A stretch of DNA of 64,000 nt from Minisyncoccia bacterium (GCA_038230075.1 JBBRNV010000003.1:29329-93328); one strand, 5' to 3'. Positions 10,106 through 22,384 are shown, numbered from the stretch's first letter. Numbers and translations are program-made. The notes: generated by a model from the sequence alone, not told the origin.

Positions 10106-11113
10106 ATGGATCTCACCGCACTTAAAGAAAATCATAAAACATCATATTTGGCATATGAATACGAACGACTTCAAAATGAAGAAGCTGGTCTTAATGCGTT
10201 GGCTGAAGATGAATCAATGAAAGAGATGGTCCAAGAAGAAATTAAAGATATTCAAACTCAAAAGAAAGCAATCGAAGAAAAGATTCAAGAGATTTTGAAA
10301 AAAGAAGAAGAAACTGAAATGGAATCACCTCGAGAAATTGTACTCGAAATTCGAGCGGGCGCAGGAGGAGACGAAGCATCACTTTTTGCAGGACAACTTG
10401 CTGAAATGTATCAGCGATATGCTGAAGTTGAAGGTTGGGCTTGGTCTAAAGTCAGTGAGTCATTAAGTGAGGTTGGAGGTTACAAAGAAGCAGTGTTTGA
10501 GCTTCGAGGAAATGGTGTCTACGATAAATTACGATATGAAACAGGAATCCATCGTGTGCAGCGAATTCCTGCAACTGAAAAGATGGGCCGAGTTCACACA
10601 TCAACTGCTTCTGTTGCCATTCTTCCGATTCGAAAGAAAAGTAAAATTGAGATTAACCCAGCAGATATTGAAATGGAGTTTTCACGATCAGGAGGAGCTG
10701 GAGGGCAAAATGTGAACAAAGTAGAAACCGCTGTTCGTTTGATTCATAAGCCAACAGGTATTGATGTACGTTCAACCTCTGAACGAAGTCAGCTTAAAAA
10801 CCGTGAGAAAGCGATGTCTATTTTGACTGCAAAACTTGATGCAATGAAAGAAGAAGAAGAGGTTAAAAAGTACGCATCAAATCGAGCGGGTCAAATTGGA
10901 ACGGGAGATCGATCTGAGAAGATTCGAACCTATAACATTCTTCAAGACAGAATCACTGACCATCGAATTAAAGAATCGTGGCACAATCTCCCTAAAATAA
11001 TGGCAGGAGGGCTTGGTCCTATTGTCGACACAATTATCCAAAAACAGGCTGAATTGGCAGCTGGAGGCACTATTTCCGGTGGAGGGGCAGAAGATGACGC
11101 AGATTCAGAGTAA
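10106..11113 (+). CDS. prfA: peptide chain release factor 1
   Basis: PAT tripeptide (RIPATEK) and GGQ ([11 protein letters not shown]). Confidence 0.9.
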   Translation: MDLTALKENHKTSYLAYEYERLQNEEAGLNALAEDESMKEMVQEEIKDIQTQKKAIEEKIQEILKKEEETEMESPREIVLEIRAGAGGDEASLFAGQLAEMYQRYAEVEGWAWSKVSESLSEVGGYKEAVFELRGNGVYDKLRYETGIHRVQRIPATEKMGRVHTSTASVAILPIRKKSKIEINPADIEMEFSRSGGAGGQNVNKVETAVRLIHKPTGIDVRSTSERSQLKNREKAMSILTAKLDAMKEEEEVKKYASNRAGQIGTGDRSEKIRTYNILQDRITDHRIKESWHNLPKIMAGGLGPIVDTIIQKQAELAAGGTISGGGAEDDADSE

Positions 11114-11140
11114 GTCTAAAAAGGCCCCTAAAGCCACATA

Positions 11141-11169
11141 TTGCAAAAAAAAGGCTTATCTGATATGAT
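11141..11169 (+). promoter_or_regulatory. sigma70-like promoter for rpsB-tsf: TTGCAA, 17 nt, TATGAT
   Basis: Hexamers read directly; the -10 ends 9 nt before the rpsB ATG and no SD is present. Confidence 0.5.
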
Positions 11170-11178
11170 TTTTCGACC

Positions 11179-11871
11179 ATGACAACCCAAGACAAATTAT
11201 CAGAAATGTTCAAAGCTGGAGCCCATTTTGGGTATGTTCGATCACGTCGACATCCTTCTGTTGCTCCCTACATTTTCGGTGTAAAAAATAAGATTGAAAT
11301 CTTCAATCTTGAAAAGACAGAACCTATGATTGCAGATGCTCAGGCTTTTGTTAAAAAATTGGCATCTGAAGGAAAGATAATTCTTTTTGTTGGAGGAAAA
11401 AGTGAAGCTAAAGAAGCTGTTCGACGAGGTGCTGCATCAATTGATATGCCATTTGTTGCTGGCCGATGGATAGGGGGCGCACTTTCCAACTTCGACTCAA
11501 TTCGAAAAAGAGTTCAAAAATACCTCGACCTTACTGATAAGCGAGAAAAAGGTGAGCTTTCAAAATATACTAAAAAAGAACGACTTTTGATCGACCGAGA
11601 AATTGTTCGACTTGAAACTCTTTTTGCAGGTCTTATTCCACTTACACGAATTCCTGACGCTCTTTTTGTTATCGACTCAAAACGAGAAGAAATTGCTGTT
11701 AAAGAAGCTCAGGCTCTAAAAATTCCCGTGATCAGTCTTTCTGGATCAGATTGCAATATCAAACATATCGAACATCCTATTGTTGGAAATGATGCCTCAG
11801 TTTCAAGTATTCAATTCTTTATTGATCGAATCGTTTCTACATACAAAGAAAACAAGTCTCTCAAGAAATAA
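11179..11871 (+). CDS. rpsB: 30S ribosomal protein S2
   Basis: Conserved S2 N-terminal region (MFKAGAHFGYVRSRRHP). Confidence 0.9.
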   Translation: MTTQDKLSEMFKAGAHFGYVRSRRHPSVAPYIFGVKNKIEIFNLEKTEPMIADAQAFVKKLASEGKIILFVGGKSEAKEAVRRGAASIDMPFVAGRWIGGALSNFDSIRKRVQKYLDLTDKREKGELSKYTKKERLLIDREIVRLETLFAGLIPLTRIPDALFVIDSKREEIAVKEAQALKIPVISLSGSDCNIKHIEHPIVGNDASVSSIQFFIDRIVSTYKENKSLKK

Positions 11872-11923
11872 TCTGCACTTCCGACAGTTGGTATTTGTTT
11901 TTTATAAGCTATAATTTATATCT

Positions 11924-12514
11924 ATGGAAATTTCAAGCGACATGATTAAAGATCTTCGAGAAAAAACTGGTATCTCTGTGATGCAGTGCAAAAAAGCTCT
12001 TGAAGAGGCGGGTGGTGACATGGAAAAGGCTATTATTATTTTAAAGAAGAAAAGTTCAGCAATTGCTGAAAAGAAAGCCGATCGAGAGTTGGCAGCTGGT
12101 TCTGTAGCAGCTTATATTCACGGAAATGGCATGATTGGTGCCATGGTTGAACTTATGTCTGAAACAGACTTTGTATCTAAGAATGAAGAGTTTAAGATTT
12201 TGGCCCGAGAAATTGCAATGCAGATATCTGCAACAAATCCAAAATTTACCAAGCGTTCAGATGTCTCATCTGAAGAAATTGCAAAAGCATCAGAAGTTTT
12301 TGCAGCAGACGTTGCTGGAAAGCCTGAAGAATTGAAAGCAAAGATTCTTGAAGGAAAACTAAACGCATATTTCAAAGATCAGGTTCTACTCGAACAAGAT
12401 TATATTAAGAATCCTGAAAAAACTATTGGAAATTTGATTGAAGAAGCAACACAGAAATTTGGTGAAAAGATTGAAATTGGAAAGATTGCTCGATTTTCTC
12501 CTCTTGAAAAGTAA
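11924..12514 (+). CDS. tsf: elongation factor Ts, short form
   Basis: UBA-like N-terminus (IKDLREKTGISVMQCKKALEEAGGD); follows rpsB. Confidence 0.85.
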   Translation: MEISSDMIKDLREKTGISVMQCKKALEEAGGDMEKAIIILKKKSSAIAEKKADRELAAGSVAAYIHGNGMIGAMVELMSETDFVSKNEEFKILAREIAMQISATNPKFTKRSDVSSEEIAKASEVFAADVAGKPEELKAKILEGKLNAYFKDQVLLEQDYIKNPEKTIGNLIEEATQKFGEKIEIGKIARFSPLEK

Positions 12515-12542
12515 TATCTACGTTGGCTAAGCCAACTTCTTT

Positions 12543-12941
12543 ATGTTGATCACTTCTTACATTTTATTCTTCGCAGCTCTTCTTGTTATGACATATCTTC
12601 TTGTCTCAAAAGAGAAGAAGATTACTATTGAACATCAAACATTTGAAGCATGGTTGCTGAGTGTTATTAATAAGATAAAAATGTTTTCTCGGTACGTTAA
12701 TAAAAAAACAGCAATCCTTTTTTTCCATTTCTTTATTGATTCTATTGAAAAAGGAGTTCTCAAAACAACTTCGACGTTGAAGAAAGGTTCACTGCAATCA
12801 AAAAAGTTTAGAGGAAAAATTGCTACTGGCCTCACAAGAAAGAAGACGGGAGAACCAACTTCCTTGCCTTCAGAAGAGCAGATAATCAAAGAAATAATAG
12901 AAGAGAAGATTCCAGAAGATGGTTGGGAGTCAAAGTCGTAA
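12543..12941 (+). CDS. hypothetical membrane protein
   Basis: N-terminal TM helix, then a Lys-rich tail. Confidence 0.4.
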   Translation: MLITSYILFFAALLVMTYLLVSKEKKITIEHQTFEAWLLSVINKIKMFSRYVNKKTAILFFHFFIDSIEKGVLKTTSTLKKGSLQSKKFRGKIATGLTRKKTGEPTSLPSEEQIIKEIIEEKIPEDGWESKS

Positions 12942-13018
12942 AATGTCTCAAAAAGCGGTTTGTGGAAACAAAAAGCTTGTGTTAGCATGGTTTTTACTGT
13001 CAGTTTGTGGCGCTTCGT

Positions 13019-13086
13019 CACAATTGCTGACTTGGTAGGAAGCATAATCAAAATGCCACAATTGCTGACTTGGTAGGAAGCATAAT
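13019..13086 (+). repeat. tandem direct duplication, period about 38 bp, of the unit CACAATTGCTGACTTGGTAGGAAGCATAAT, immediately upstream of tRNA-Thr(UGU)
   Basis: Two identical 30-nt copies at 13019-13048 and 13057-13086; each copy holds promoter-like TTGCTG/TTGACT and CATAAT hexamers. Confidence 0.8.
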
Positions 13087-13093
13087 AAAATAC

Positions 13094-13169
13094 GCCACCT
13101 TAGCTCAGTTGGTAGAGCAACGCTTTTGTAAAGCGAAGGTCCCCAGTTCGAATCTGGGAGGTGGCTCCA
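13094..13169 (+). tRNA. tRNA-Thr, anticodon UGU
   Basis: Acceptor GCCACCT/AGGTGGC, D-arm GCTCAGTTGGTAGAGC, anticodon loop TTTGTAA (anticodon TGT), T-arm CCCAG-TTCGAAT-CTGGG, encoded CCA. Confidence 0.85.
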
Positions 13170-13199
13170 AAGAAGGTTACGTTGGTAACTTACATTAGT

Positions 13200-14738
13200 A
13201 TGTCTTATAAAGATTCTCCTTATTTTCATGTTGGACGAGCAAGTGACCTTACTGGAAAAGATCGAATTCTTTATCGTTTCTTTGAAATGGTTCCAGGAAT
13301 TTTAGCGTGGGGCACTATTTTATTAACTGTTATTCTTTCTCGATTTGTTCCAACTGAAGCTGCTATTTTTATTATTATTTTTGATTTGTATTGGCTTCTT
13401 AAAACTGTCTATCTTTCAATTCATCTTCGACAAAATTGGAAACGAACTAAACACAATATGAGTCTTGATTGGATAGAAATGCTTAAGCCATTAAAGCATC
13501 AAGATTTATGGCATATGGTTATTCTTCCTTTCTATGATGAGAGTGAGGAAATTATTACAAAAAGTATTGCTGCACTTTTGAAAGCGAGAGTGAATCATAA
13601 GCAAATGATTATTGTTTTAGGTGGTGAAGAAAGAAAAGGAATATATGCCACCGAAGTTGCAAATAGTGTGAAAGCAAAATTCGAAAAAGAATTTGGACAT
13701 TTCATCACCACAATTCATCCAAAAGATACTCCAGGTGAAATGCCAGGAAAAGGATCAAACATTACTTATGCAGCTAAAGAAGCACGGGTGAAGATTCTTG
13801 ATGTTCATAAGATTGCTTATGAACATGTTATGGTCTCGGCTCTCGACATTGATACAATTGTATATAAAGATTATTTTGCTTGTGTGGCGTGGCATTTCTA
13901 TACCGCTGAAGACCGCTACAATGCCTCATATCAGCCTGTTCCGTTTTTTAATAACAATATGTGGGATGCACCTGCACTTTCACGTGTGGTTGCTTCTTCA
14001 GGAACATTTTGGCAAATGGTGCAGCAAGAGCGACCTGAAAAGCTTGCTACGTTTTCATCTCATTCAATTCCATTCAAAACACTTCATGATGTTGGATACT
14101 GGCAGGTGAATATGGTATCTGAAGATTCTCGTATCTTTTGGAATGCATTTGTCGCGCACAATGGAAATTATCGCGTGATTCCACTTTCATATCCGGTTTC
14201 GATGGATGCAAACCTTGCAAGTTCGTTTTGGAAAACTCTCATTAATATTTACAAACAACAGCGACGGTGGGCGTGGGGAAGTGAAAATGTTCCCTACATT
14301 CTTTTTAATTTTATTAAGAATAAAGAAATTCCATTGAAGAAACGCTTAAGAGCATCATTCATTCAACTCGAAGGATTCTGGTCGCTCGCGACGAATCCTA
14401 TTCTCATCTTTCTTCTTGGATGGCTTCCGTTAATTCTTGGGGGAAAAGCATTTAACTCAAGTGTCCTTTCTTACAACCTTCCTTTCATTACACGAAATTT
14501 AATGATTCTTGCCATGAGTGGTTTAGTTGTCTCATCAATGATTTTCCTTAGTTTCTTGCCAGAACGGCCAGAGCGATTTTCAAAATACCGAAAATTATAC
14601 ATGATCATTCAATGGCTTCTTGTGCCATTTACTATTGTTGTGTTTGGCGCGTTTCCAGGACTCGATGCAGAGACTCGATTAATGATAGGCCGACACTTAG
14701 GATTCTGGGTTACTCCAAAGCATAGAAAGAGCGTATAA
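13200..14738 (+). CDS. membrane-embedded GT2-family processive glycosyltransferase (cellulose/hyaluronan-synthase-like)
   Basis: TM helices flank a cytoplasmic domain with DxD-type acidic motifs and a QQRRWAWG (QxxRW) motif; start set at the first ATG after the tRNA. Confidence 0.6.
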   Translation: MSYKDSPYFHVGRASDLTGKDRILYRFFEMVPGILAWGTILLTVILSRFVPTEAAIFIIIFDLYWLLKTVYLSIHLRQNWKRTKHNMSLDWIEMLKPLKHQDLWHMVILPFYDESEEIITKSIAALLKARVNHKQMIIVLGGEERKGIYATEVANSVKAKFEKEFGHFITTIHPKDTPGEMPGKGSNITYAAKEARVKILDVHKIAYEHVMVSALDIDTIVYKDYFACVAWHFYTAEDRYNASYQPVPFFNNNMWDAPALSRVVASSGTFWQMVQQERPEKLATFSSHSIPFKTLHDVGYWQVNMVSEDSRIFWNAFVAHNGNYRVIPLSYPVSMDANLASSFWKTLINIYKQQRRWAWGSENVPYILFNFIKNKEIPLKKRLRASFIQLEGFWSLATNPILIFLLGWLPLILGGKAFNSSVLSYNLPFITRNLMILAMSGLVVSSMIFLSFLPERPERFSKYRKLYMIIQWLLVPFTIVVFGAFPGLDAETRLMIGRHLGFWVTPKHRKSV

Positions 14739-14739
14739 T

Positions 14740-15666
14740 ATGATGATGCAACCCATGTCATATCGAAGGCGAATGGTGTTTTTCATCTCTTTTGTATTGC
14801 TTTTCATAGTTCTCATTCCTGTCGTGCTTTTGTATTCTTTGGGTTATCGTTTGGGGAAAGATTTGTCGATTGCTAAAACGGGAGGAATTTTTATTTCATA
14901 TGGAAAAGCGGGAGCTAGTATTTATGTTGACAATGTTCTCAAAGAACAAACATCACTTTTTCAAAGAGGTAAGTTTCTTGAAAATATGAAGGCAGGTGAT
15001 TACAATGTTCGATTTGATCTTGATGGATATATTTCTTGGAATAAAATTATTACCGTTGAAGACGCAAAAGTGGCAGAAGGATATCCGTATTTGATAAAAA
15101 AAGAAATTTCAACAACGTCGATTCTAAAATACGACGGTGTTATTGAAGAGGGTGAAGGAATTGTGAACGAAGATTTTGCAAAAGCCGATGCACTATTTGA
15201 AGCACCAACAACAACCGTTTCAACAAAATATAAAATTAAAGTGCACGCACCAACATCAACTATTGCATACACTGGTTCATCAACCACTATAGTTAGTGCA
15301 CCAACTTCAACTATTATCGCAACGAAAGGTGATATTCAATTACTTAAAACAGAAACGTCGATTGATGCCTACTACACAGGCGATTTAAACGCTGCGCCAT
15401 TCACTTTTTGTTTGCAAAAAGTGTGTCTCAACGAAATCAGACTACTCGCAACATCAAGTATTTCTCATGTTGAATTTTTGTTTAACAGAAACGACGTTAT
15501 TTTATACTCTACAAAAGATGGAATTTATGTTACTGAATTCGATGCGAGATCACCTCGAAACACTCATAAATTAATCAACGGAAATAATCTTGATTTCCGA
15601 ACATTCGATGGAACTCACATTGTTGTAAAGGATGGAACAGAGTATTACAATGCAGAAATAATCTAA
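14740..15666 (+). CDS. PEGA-domain membrane-anchored protein
   Basis: N-terminal TM helix; PEGA-like segment GASIYVDNVLKEQT...YNVRFDLDGY; 2 bp downstream of the GT2 gene. Confidence 0.45.
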   Translation: MMMQPMSYRRRMVFFISFVLLFIVLIPVVLLYSLGYRLGKDLSIAKTGGIFISYGKAGASIYVDNVLKEQTSLFQRGKFLENMKAGDYNVRFDLDGYISWNKIITVEDAKVAEGYPYLIKKEISTTSILKYDGVIEEGEGIVNEDFAKADALFEAPTTTVSTKYKIKVHAPTSTIAYTGSSTTIVSAPTSTIIATKGDIQLLKTETSIDAYYTGDLNAAPFTFCLQKVCLNEIRLLATSSISHVEFLFNRNDVILYSTKDGIYVTEFDARSPRNTHKLINGNNLDFRTFDGTHIVVKDGTEYYNAEII

Positions 15667-15667
15667 T

Positions 15668-16420
15668 ATGAATTCCGAAACAAGTAAACTAACGACAGAA
15701 GGTCATCTACATCCGCTCACGACTGCTATTCGTGAAGTACAAACTATCTTCGAAAAGATTGGTTTTGAAGTTGCAGAAGGTCCAGAAGTTGAAGACGAAT
15801 ATCACAATTTTGATGTATTAAACATGCCAGCAGATCATCCTGCTCGTGATATGCAAGATACGTTTTGGCTTAAGGCAACAAAAGAAGAACGAAAGAAAGC
15901 AGAAGAATCAGGAATACCACTTGTACGAAAAGTGCTTCGAACACAAACCTCTGGTGTTCAGGTTCGATTCATGGAACATAATAAACCACCCTTTCGAATT
16001 ATTGTTCCTGGGCGCGTTTTTAGAAATGAAGCAACAGACAGAACTCACGAAGCGCAATTCTATCAAGTTGAAGGAATGTATATCGATAAAGAGGTTAGTT
16101 TGGCAACGTTAAAAGGAACTCTCGAATATTTCTATAAATCATTTTTCGGACCAGATGCTGAGATTCGTTTTCGACCCAGTTTCTTTCCTTTCGTTGAACC
16201 CGCAGTTGAGGTTGATGTGAAATATAAAGGAAAGTGGCTTGAGGTGACAGGTGCAGGTATGGTTCATCCTCATGTATTACGTGCAGGAGGTCTTAATCCT
16301 GATGAGTGGCAAGGGTTCGCTTTCGGAGCAGGTCTTGATCGATTACTCATGATTAAATATGGAATCGATGATATTCGTCATTTGTATAATGGCGACATGC
16401 GGTTTATTAATCAGTTTTAG
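15668..16420 (+). CDS. pheS: phenylalanine--tRNA ligase alpha subunit (N-terminally minimal)
   Basis: Class II motifs: FDVLNMPADHPARDMQDTFW, GAGMVHPHV, FGAGLDRL. Confidence 0.9.
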   Translation: MNSETSKLTTEGHLHPLTTAIREVQTIFEKIGFEVAEGPEVEDEYHNFDVLNMPADHPARDMQDTFWLKATKEERKKAEESGIPLVRKVLRTQTSGVQVRFMEHNKPPFRIIVPGRVFRNEATDRTHEAQFYQVEGMYIDKEVSLATLKGTLEYFYKSFFGPDAEIRFRPSFFPFVEPAVEVDVKYKGKWLEVTGAGMVHPHVLRAGGLNPDEWQGFAFGAGLDRLLMIKYGIDDIRHLYNGDMRFINQF

Positions 16421-16484
16421 ATTTTGCAATATGGCGTGAAAAAGTCAATGATTTTTAGCCATATTTTTGATAGACTATATATCT

Positions 16485-18488
16485 ATGAAAGTCTCACATT
16501 CGTGGCTCCAAACATATTTTAAAGGCCCTATTCCTTCTGCTGAAGTCTTGGCAGATCTTTTCACTTTTCATTCTTTTGAAATTGAAGGAGTCGAAGGGTA
16601 TAAAACTGAAAAAGGAATTGATATGGTTATTGATGCAAAGATTCTTCCTGATCGTGCGCATTTTGCATTATCGCATTTAGGTATTGCAGAAGAAATTAAA
16701 GCTCTTACGAAAACAAGTATTCTTGAAGAGAAGAGTCGAGATAAACGATCGAGTATCGATGAAGAAAAAGTGGCGATTGCTCCGGATGTTTCAGTTCCTA
16801 CTATTGTGGTCACCGACGAAAATTTTTGTACTCGCTATGTTGCACGAATAATAGAAAATATTGAAGTGAAAGAAAGTCCGCTTTGGCTTAAAGAAAAACT
16901 TGAAGCAGTTGGTGGGCGATCAATCAACACCATTGTCGATGCAACAAATTTTGTGATGTTTGATATTGGTCAACCTCTTCATGCATTTGATGCAGATAAG
17001 GTAAAAGGTTCAATTGTTATTCGTCGAGCAGAAGATGGTGAAAAAATGACAACGCTTGATAATAAAGAACTCACTCTTTCAATTAATGATTACGTTGTTG
17101 CTGATGAAGAAGGTATTCTTGCTCTTGCTGGAATTAAAGGAGGAAAGAAAGCTGAAGTAACTTCAACTACAAAACGAATTATCATTGAATCCGCACATTT
17201 TCATCCATCAATAGTGAGACGAACTGCTGTTAAGGTTGGTATTCGAAATGAATCGTCAAAACGATTTGAAAATGAAATCACCCCTAATCTCGCATCTCTT
17301 GGTATGCATGGCGTTTCTCGTCTTATCTTTGAATTGTGCAGTGATGTTGTGTTTGGTGCTGTTACAGATGTGTATCCAACCAAAACAGAAGTATACAAAC
17401 TTGGAGTCAGTATTTCATATATCAACAATTTACTTGGAGCCAACATTTCAAAAGAATCGATGAAAGAAATTCTTGAAAGATTTTCTATTGCAGTTCTTGA
17501 AACTCAAAATAACGATGAACTTTTGTTAACCATTCCAACTCATCGACTCGATCTTCGAATTCAGGCAGATATTGCAGAAGAAGTGGGACGTATGTATGGA
17601 TATGCAAACATTAAAGGAATATTGCCACCAGCTGTCGTTGGTGATGTTCGAATTCTTCCATCGTTGTATCAAACAGAACGACTTAAAAATGCTCTTATTG
17701 AGCAAGGTTTTTCCGAAGGGTATTTATATACACTAGTTGCAAAAGGTGATGTTGAAATTGCATACCCACTCGCATCAGATAAAGCTTTTGTTAGAAATAA
17801 CTTAAGTGATGGGCTAGTTAAGTCATTAACAATGAATGTTCGAAATGCAGATCTCTTCGGACTCGACGTTATTAAACAATTTGAAATCGGAAATGTGACA
17901 AAAGGTGAACAAGAATTTACTTCACTTACTATTGCAGTCTCTCGAGTTAAAAAAGTGAAAGGAAGAACTCATGAAATCGAATTAAAAGAAGTCTTAGAAA
18001 ATCTTAAAACTTGGTGTGATCTCGATATGATCGCGCTTGGTGGAGAAATAAAGAATACTCAAGATTATGCCATTATTGAAGTTGTTCTTAATAGTTGGAT
18101 AGCATCTCAGAAAATAGAAAGCTCGTCATACCTTCCGCTTCACTTTGATGAATCAATTACCGGTGCAAAAGAAAAGACTTATAAACCATTCTCAGTATTT
18201 CCATTCATTGTTCGAGATATTGCCTTATTTGTTCCACAAACAGTTTCAGTGGAACAAGTTGAAAAGGTTGTCACTGAGAAGGGAACAGAACTTCTTACTG
18301 CCACCAGACTCTTTGATGTGTTCACTAAACCAATGAAAGATGAGCATGGATATGAACACATAAAAACTTCATATGCTTTCCGAATGATTTTCCAATCATT
18401 TGATCGAACACTAACTGACGAAGAAATAAATCCTATAATGGACTCGATATACACTTCTGCAAAAGAAAGTGGGTGGGAGGTTCGTTAG
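16485..18488 (+). CDS. pheT: phenylalanine--tRNA ligase beta subunit
   Basis: MKVSHSWLQTYF N-terminus, B3/B4 and B5 domains, C-terminal FDV anticodon-binding-like domain; follows pheS. Confidence 0.85.
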   Translation: MKVSHSWLQTYFKGPIPSAEVLADLFTFHSFEIEGVEGYKTEKGIDMVIDAKILPDRAHFALSHLGIAEEIKALTKTSILEEKSRDKRSSIDEEKVAIAPDVSVPTIVVTDENFCTRYVARIIENIEVKESPLWLKEKLEAVGGRSINTIVDATNFVMFDIGQPLHAFDADKVKGSIVIRRAEDGEKMTTLDNKELTLSINDYVVADEEGILALAGIKGGKKAEVTSTTKRIIIESAHFHPSIVRRTAVKVGIRNESSKRFENEITPNLASLGMHGVSRLIFELCSDVVFGAVTDVYPTKTEVYKLGVSISYINNLLGANISKESMKEILERFSIAVLETQNNDELLLTIPTHRLDLRIQADIAEEVGRMYGYANIKGILPPAVVGDVRILPSLYQTERLKNALIEQGFSEGYLYTLVAKGDVEIAYPLASDKAFVRNNLSDGLVKSLTMNVRNADLFGLDVIKQFEIGNVTKGEQEFTSLTIAVSRVKKVKGRTHEIELKEVLENLKTWCDLDMIALGGEIKNTQDYAIIEVVLNSWIASQKIESSSYLPLHFDESITGAKEKTYKPFSVFPFIVRDIALFVPQTVSVEQVEKVVTEKGTELLTATRLFDVFTKPMKDEHGYEHIKTSYAFRMIFQSFDRTLTDEEINPIMDSIYTSAKESGWEVR

Positions 18489-18589
18489 TTATAGACACAA
18501 AAGAAGTCTAATTTTCACTCAAAAAACCATACCAGACAACACTTTTTAGACATTTAAATGATGGCAAAAAAGACCTAAATTTGATATAA

Positions 18590-20692
<2,103 letters not shown>

Positions 20693-20712
20693 ATAGAGAA
20701 ATAAGTTTAAAA

Positions 20713-20745
20713 ATAATAACACCTAGGTGTTATTATTTTTTTATT
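20713..20745 (+). terminator. AT-rich palindromic terminator after gyrB, probably bidirectional
   Basis: ATAACACCTAGGTGTTAT perfect palindrome with an A-run before it and a T-run after it. Confidence 0.6.
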
Positions 20746-20812
20746 TATATAGATCAGAAATGACGAAGCCCACCGATGGCGGGTTCGCCATGATGGGCTG
20801 TTTTGCAAGATA

Positions 20813-21130
20813 TCAGACGGCACTTTCTGAGAGTGTGTCGTGCAGTAAAATGGCGGTTGCGTGCATTGCTTGTTGCAGGGTGGGAATGAGTCTCGTGGCG
20901 CAACCAAACGGAGTGATGTGCGTAAGAGTGGTACCACCATCAACAAGGATGAGATAATCGAACAGGGTATCTTCTTCGAGAGGAACTCCTGCTGCCGTAA
21001 GTTCAGCAGCTTGAAGATGTTTCGAGTGGTTTTGGCTGAGATCGTCTTCGCAAGAAAGCACAACATACACTCGGTCTGGTTGTTGCGAACGTACGTAGTT
21101 TATTCGGCCCTTCAGGAGTCTTATGATCAT
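20813..21130 (-). CDS. hypothetical protein in a GC-rich island
   Basis: 105-aa ORF with GC-rich codons (LILVDGGTTL motif); overlapping + strand ORFs look less protein-like; strand assignment is tentative. Confidence 0.3.
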   Translation of the reverse strand: MIIRLLKGRINYVRSQQPDRVYVVLSCEDDLSQNHSKHLQAAELTAAGVPLEEDTLFDYLILVDGGTTLTHITPFGCATRLIPTLQQAMHATAILLHDTLSESAV

Positions 21131-21242
21131 GTCGCTAGAGTTGGGGGTGGGTGGTATTTCGATTGGGTTGATTTGGCTCGAATGTAAAGTGGTTTGAAAG
21201 AGCCTTCATAGAGACTACCGCTCACACCTACCACTGTCAAAT

Positions 21243-21277
21243 AAACAAAAAACCACCGCTTGGGTGGTCTTTTGTTG
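21243..21277 (-). terminator. rho-independent terminator for the minus-strand gene ending at 21300
   Basis: ACCACC-GCTTG-GGTGGT hairpin; on the minus strand it is followed by TTTTTTGTTT. Confidence 0.6.
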
Positions 21278-21299
21278 TAACTTCTTGTTGAATACAAGA

Positions 21300-22337
21300 T
21301 TACTGTCCGATGTTCAATGTGTTGTTTGATCGATTGATATCGTTAACTTTTGCATTCTGGTCTACAGTGATTGAACCAAAACTTTTTGTTGGACTAGTGT
21401 ATCCAAGGGTGAAGATAATGCCGTCACCTGGCTTTAATGATTTCTGTGAAGGAGATGCGTAACTTTGATTGTTTACATCAGATGAAGGAAGTGTTGCATT
21501 GAAGTTCCATGACCCAGAAACTGCTGATCCAATGTTTTGAACTTCGAATCGAACTGCTGCAATGTCTGAAGAAGTAACATCTCGCTTGAGTGTATCAAGT
21601 GATACGAACTGGTGATTCTGATTAAGAATTCCATATTTCACAAGTGTAACAGAAAGGTCTGGTGTTCCTCCGATGACTTCTTGATATTCTGATGTGTGAG
21701 TTGTTTGAGGAGCAACACTTGCTTCTGCTGGATCTCCACCTTCGTACGCTGTGTGCTGATGAGGAACCATTGTTGATGGAGGATTGATTTCTGTTCCAAG
21801 TTTAATATTGATTGAACTTGTTCCCATAGCAATGATCGATCGATCAGTGCTAGACATAAGGAAGGCTTGGAAATTACTCTTTACCTGACTTGATGTTGAA
21901 GATGCAAGATTCTGATTAAGAAGAGGTCGAAGAATAACATCGTATTCTGTTCGGTCTAATGTATTTGTTGTTGATGCAACAGGAAGAGAGAATCGCTGTC
22001 CACATTGAATAGCTTGAACAGATGCATTTCGCACAAGTTCATAGTTCGCTACATCTGAACATTCATATTGAAATGAATATGTTCCGGCAATAGTGCTAGA
22101 ATGAATAACTCGAAGCATGAATGGTTCACCTGATCGAACAACTGTTTTGTCAGGGGATACATTAAGCATTACGATTCCTGATGGAGTACTTGTTGAAGTA
22201 CCTTTAATATTTGAAAGCGCTGTTAATGCTCGAGGAATAAGTTTTACAATTCCGAAAGCAATGAGAAATAATACGACTACAATAACGATAATAAAGATGA
22301 CGCGCAGAACTTTGTATAATGTTGAATCTTGATTCAT
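21300..22337 (-). CDS. hypothetical membrane-anchored extracellular protein
   Basis: N-terminal TM helix (VLRVIFIIVIVVVLFLIAFGIV), Ser/Thr-rich beta-type sequence, no catalytic motif. Confidence 0.5.
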   Translation of the reverse strand: MNQDSTLYKVLRVIFIIVIVVVLFLIAFGIVKLIPRALTALSNIKGTSTSTPSGIVMLNVSPDKTVVRSGEPFMLRVIHSSTIAGTYSFQYECSDVANYELVRNASVQAIQCGQRFSLPVASTTNTLDRTEYDVILRPLLNQNLASSTSSQVKSNFQAFLMSSTDRSIIAMGTSSINIKLGTEINPPSTMVPHQHTAYEGGDPAEASVAPQTTHTSEYQEVIGGTPDLSVTLVKYGILNQNHQFVSLDTLKRDVTSSDIAAVRFEVQNIGSAVSGSWNFNATLPSSDVNNQSYASPSQKSLKPGDGIIFTLGYTSPTKSFGSITVDQNAKVNDINRSNNTLNIGQ

Positions 22338-22384
22338 ATGGTGAGACTATACACTGTTTTTAAGGTCCCGTCAAGTATTGATAT

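Noticed and set aside
13030-13060. GGTAGGAAGCA segments upstream of the tRNA resembling the SRP RNA domain IV motif (GGAAGCAGC)
   Set aside because: There is no complementary helix partner or GNAR tetraloop context. The sequence is part of a simple 38-bp direct duplication.
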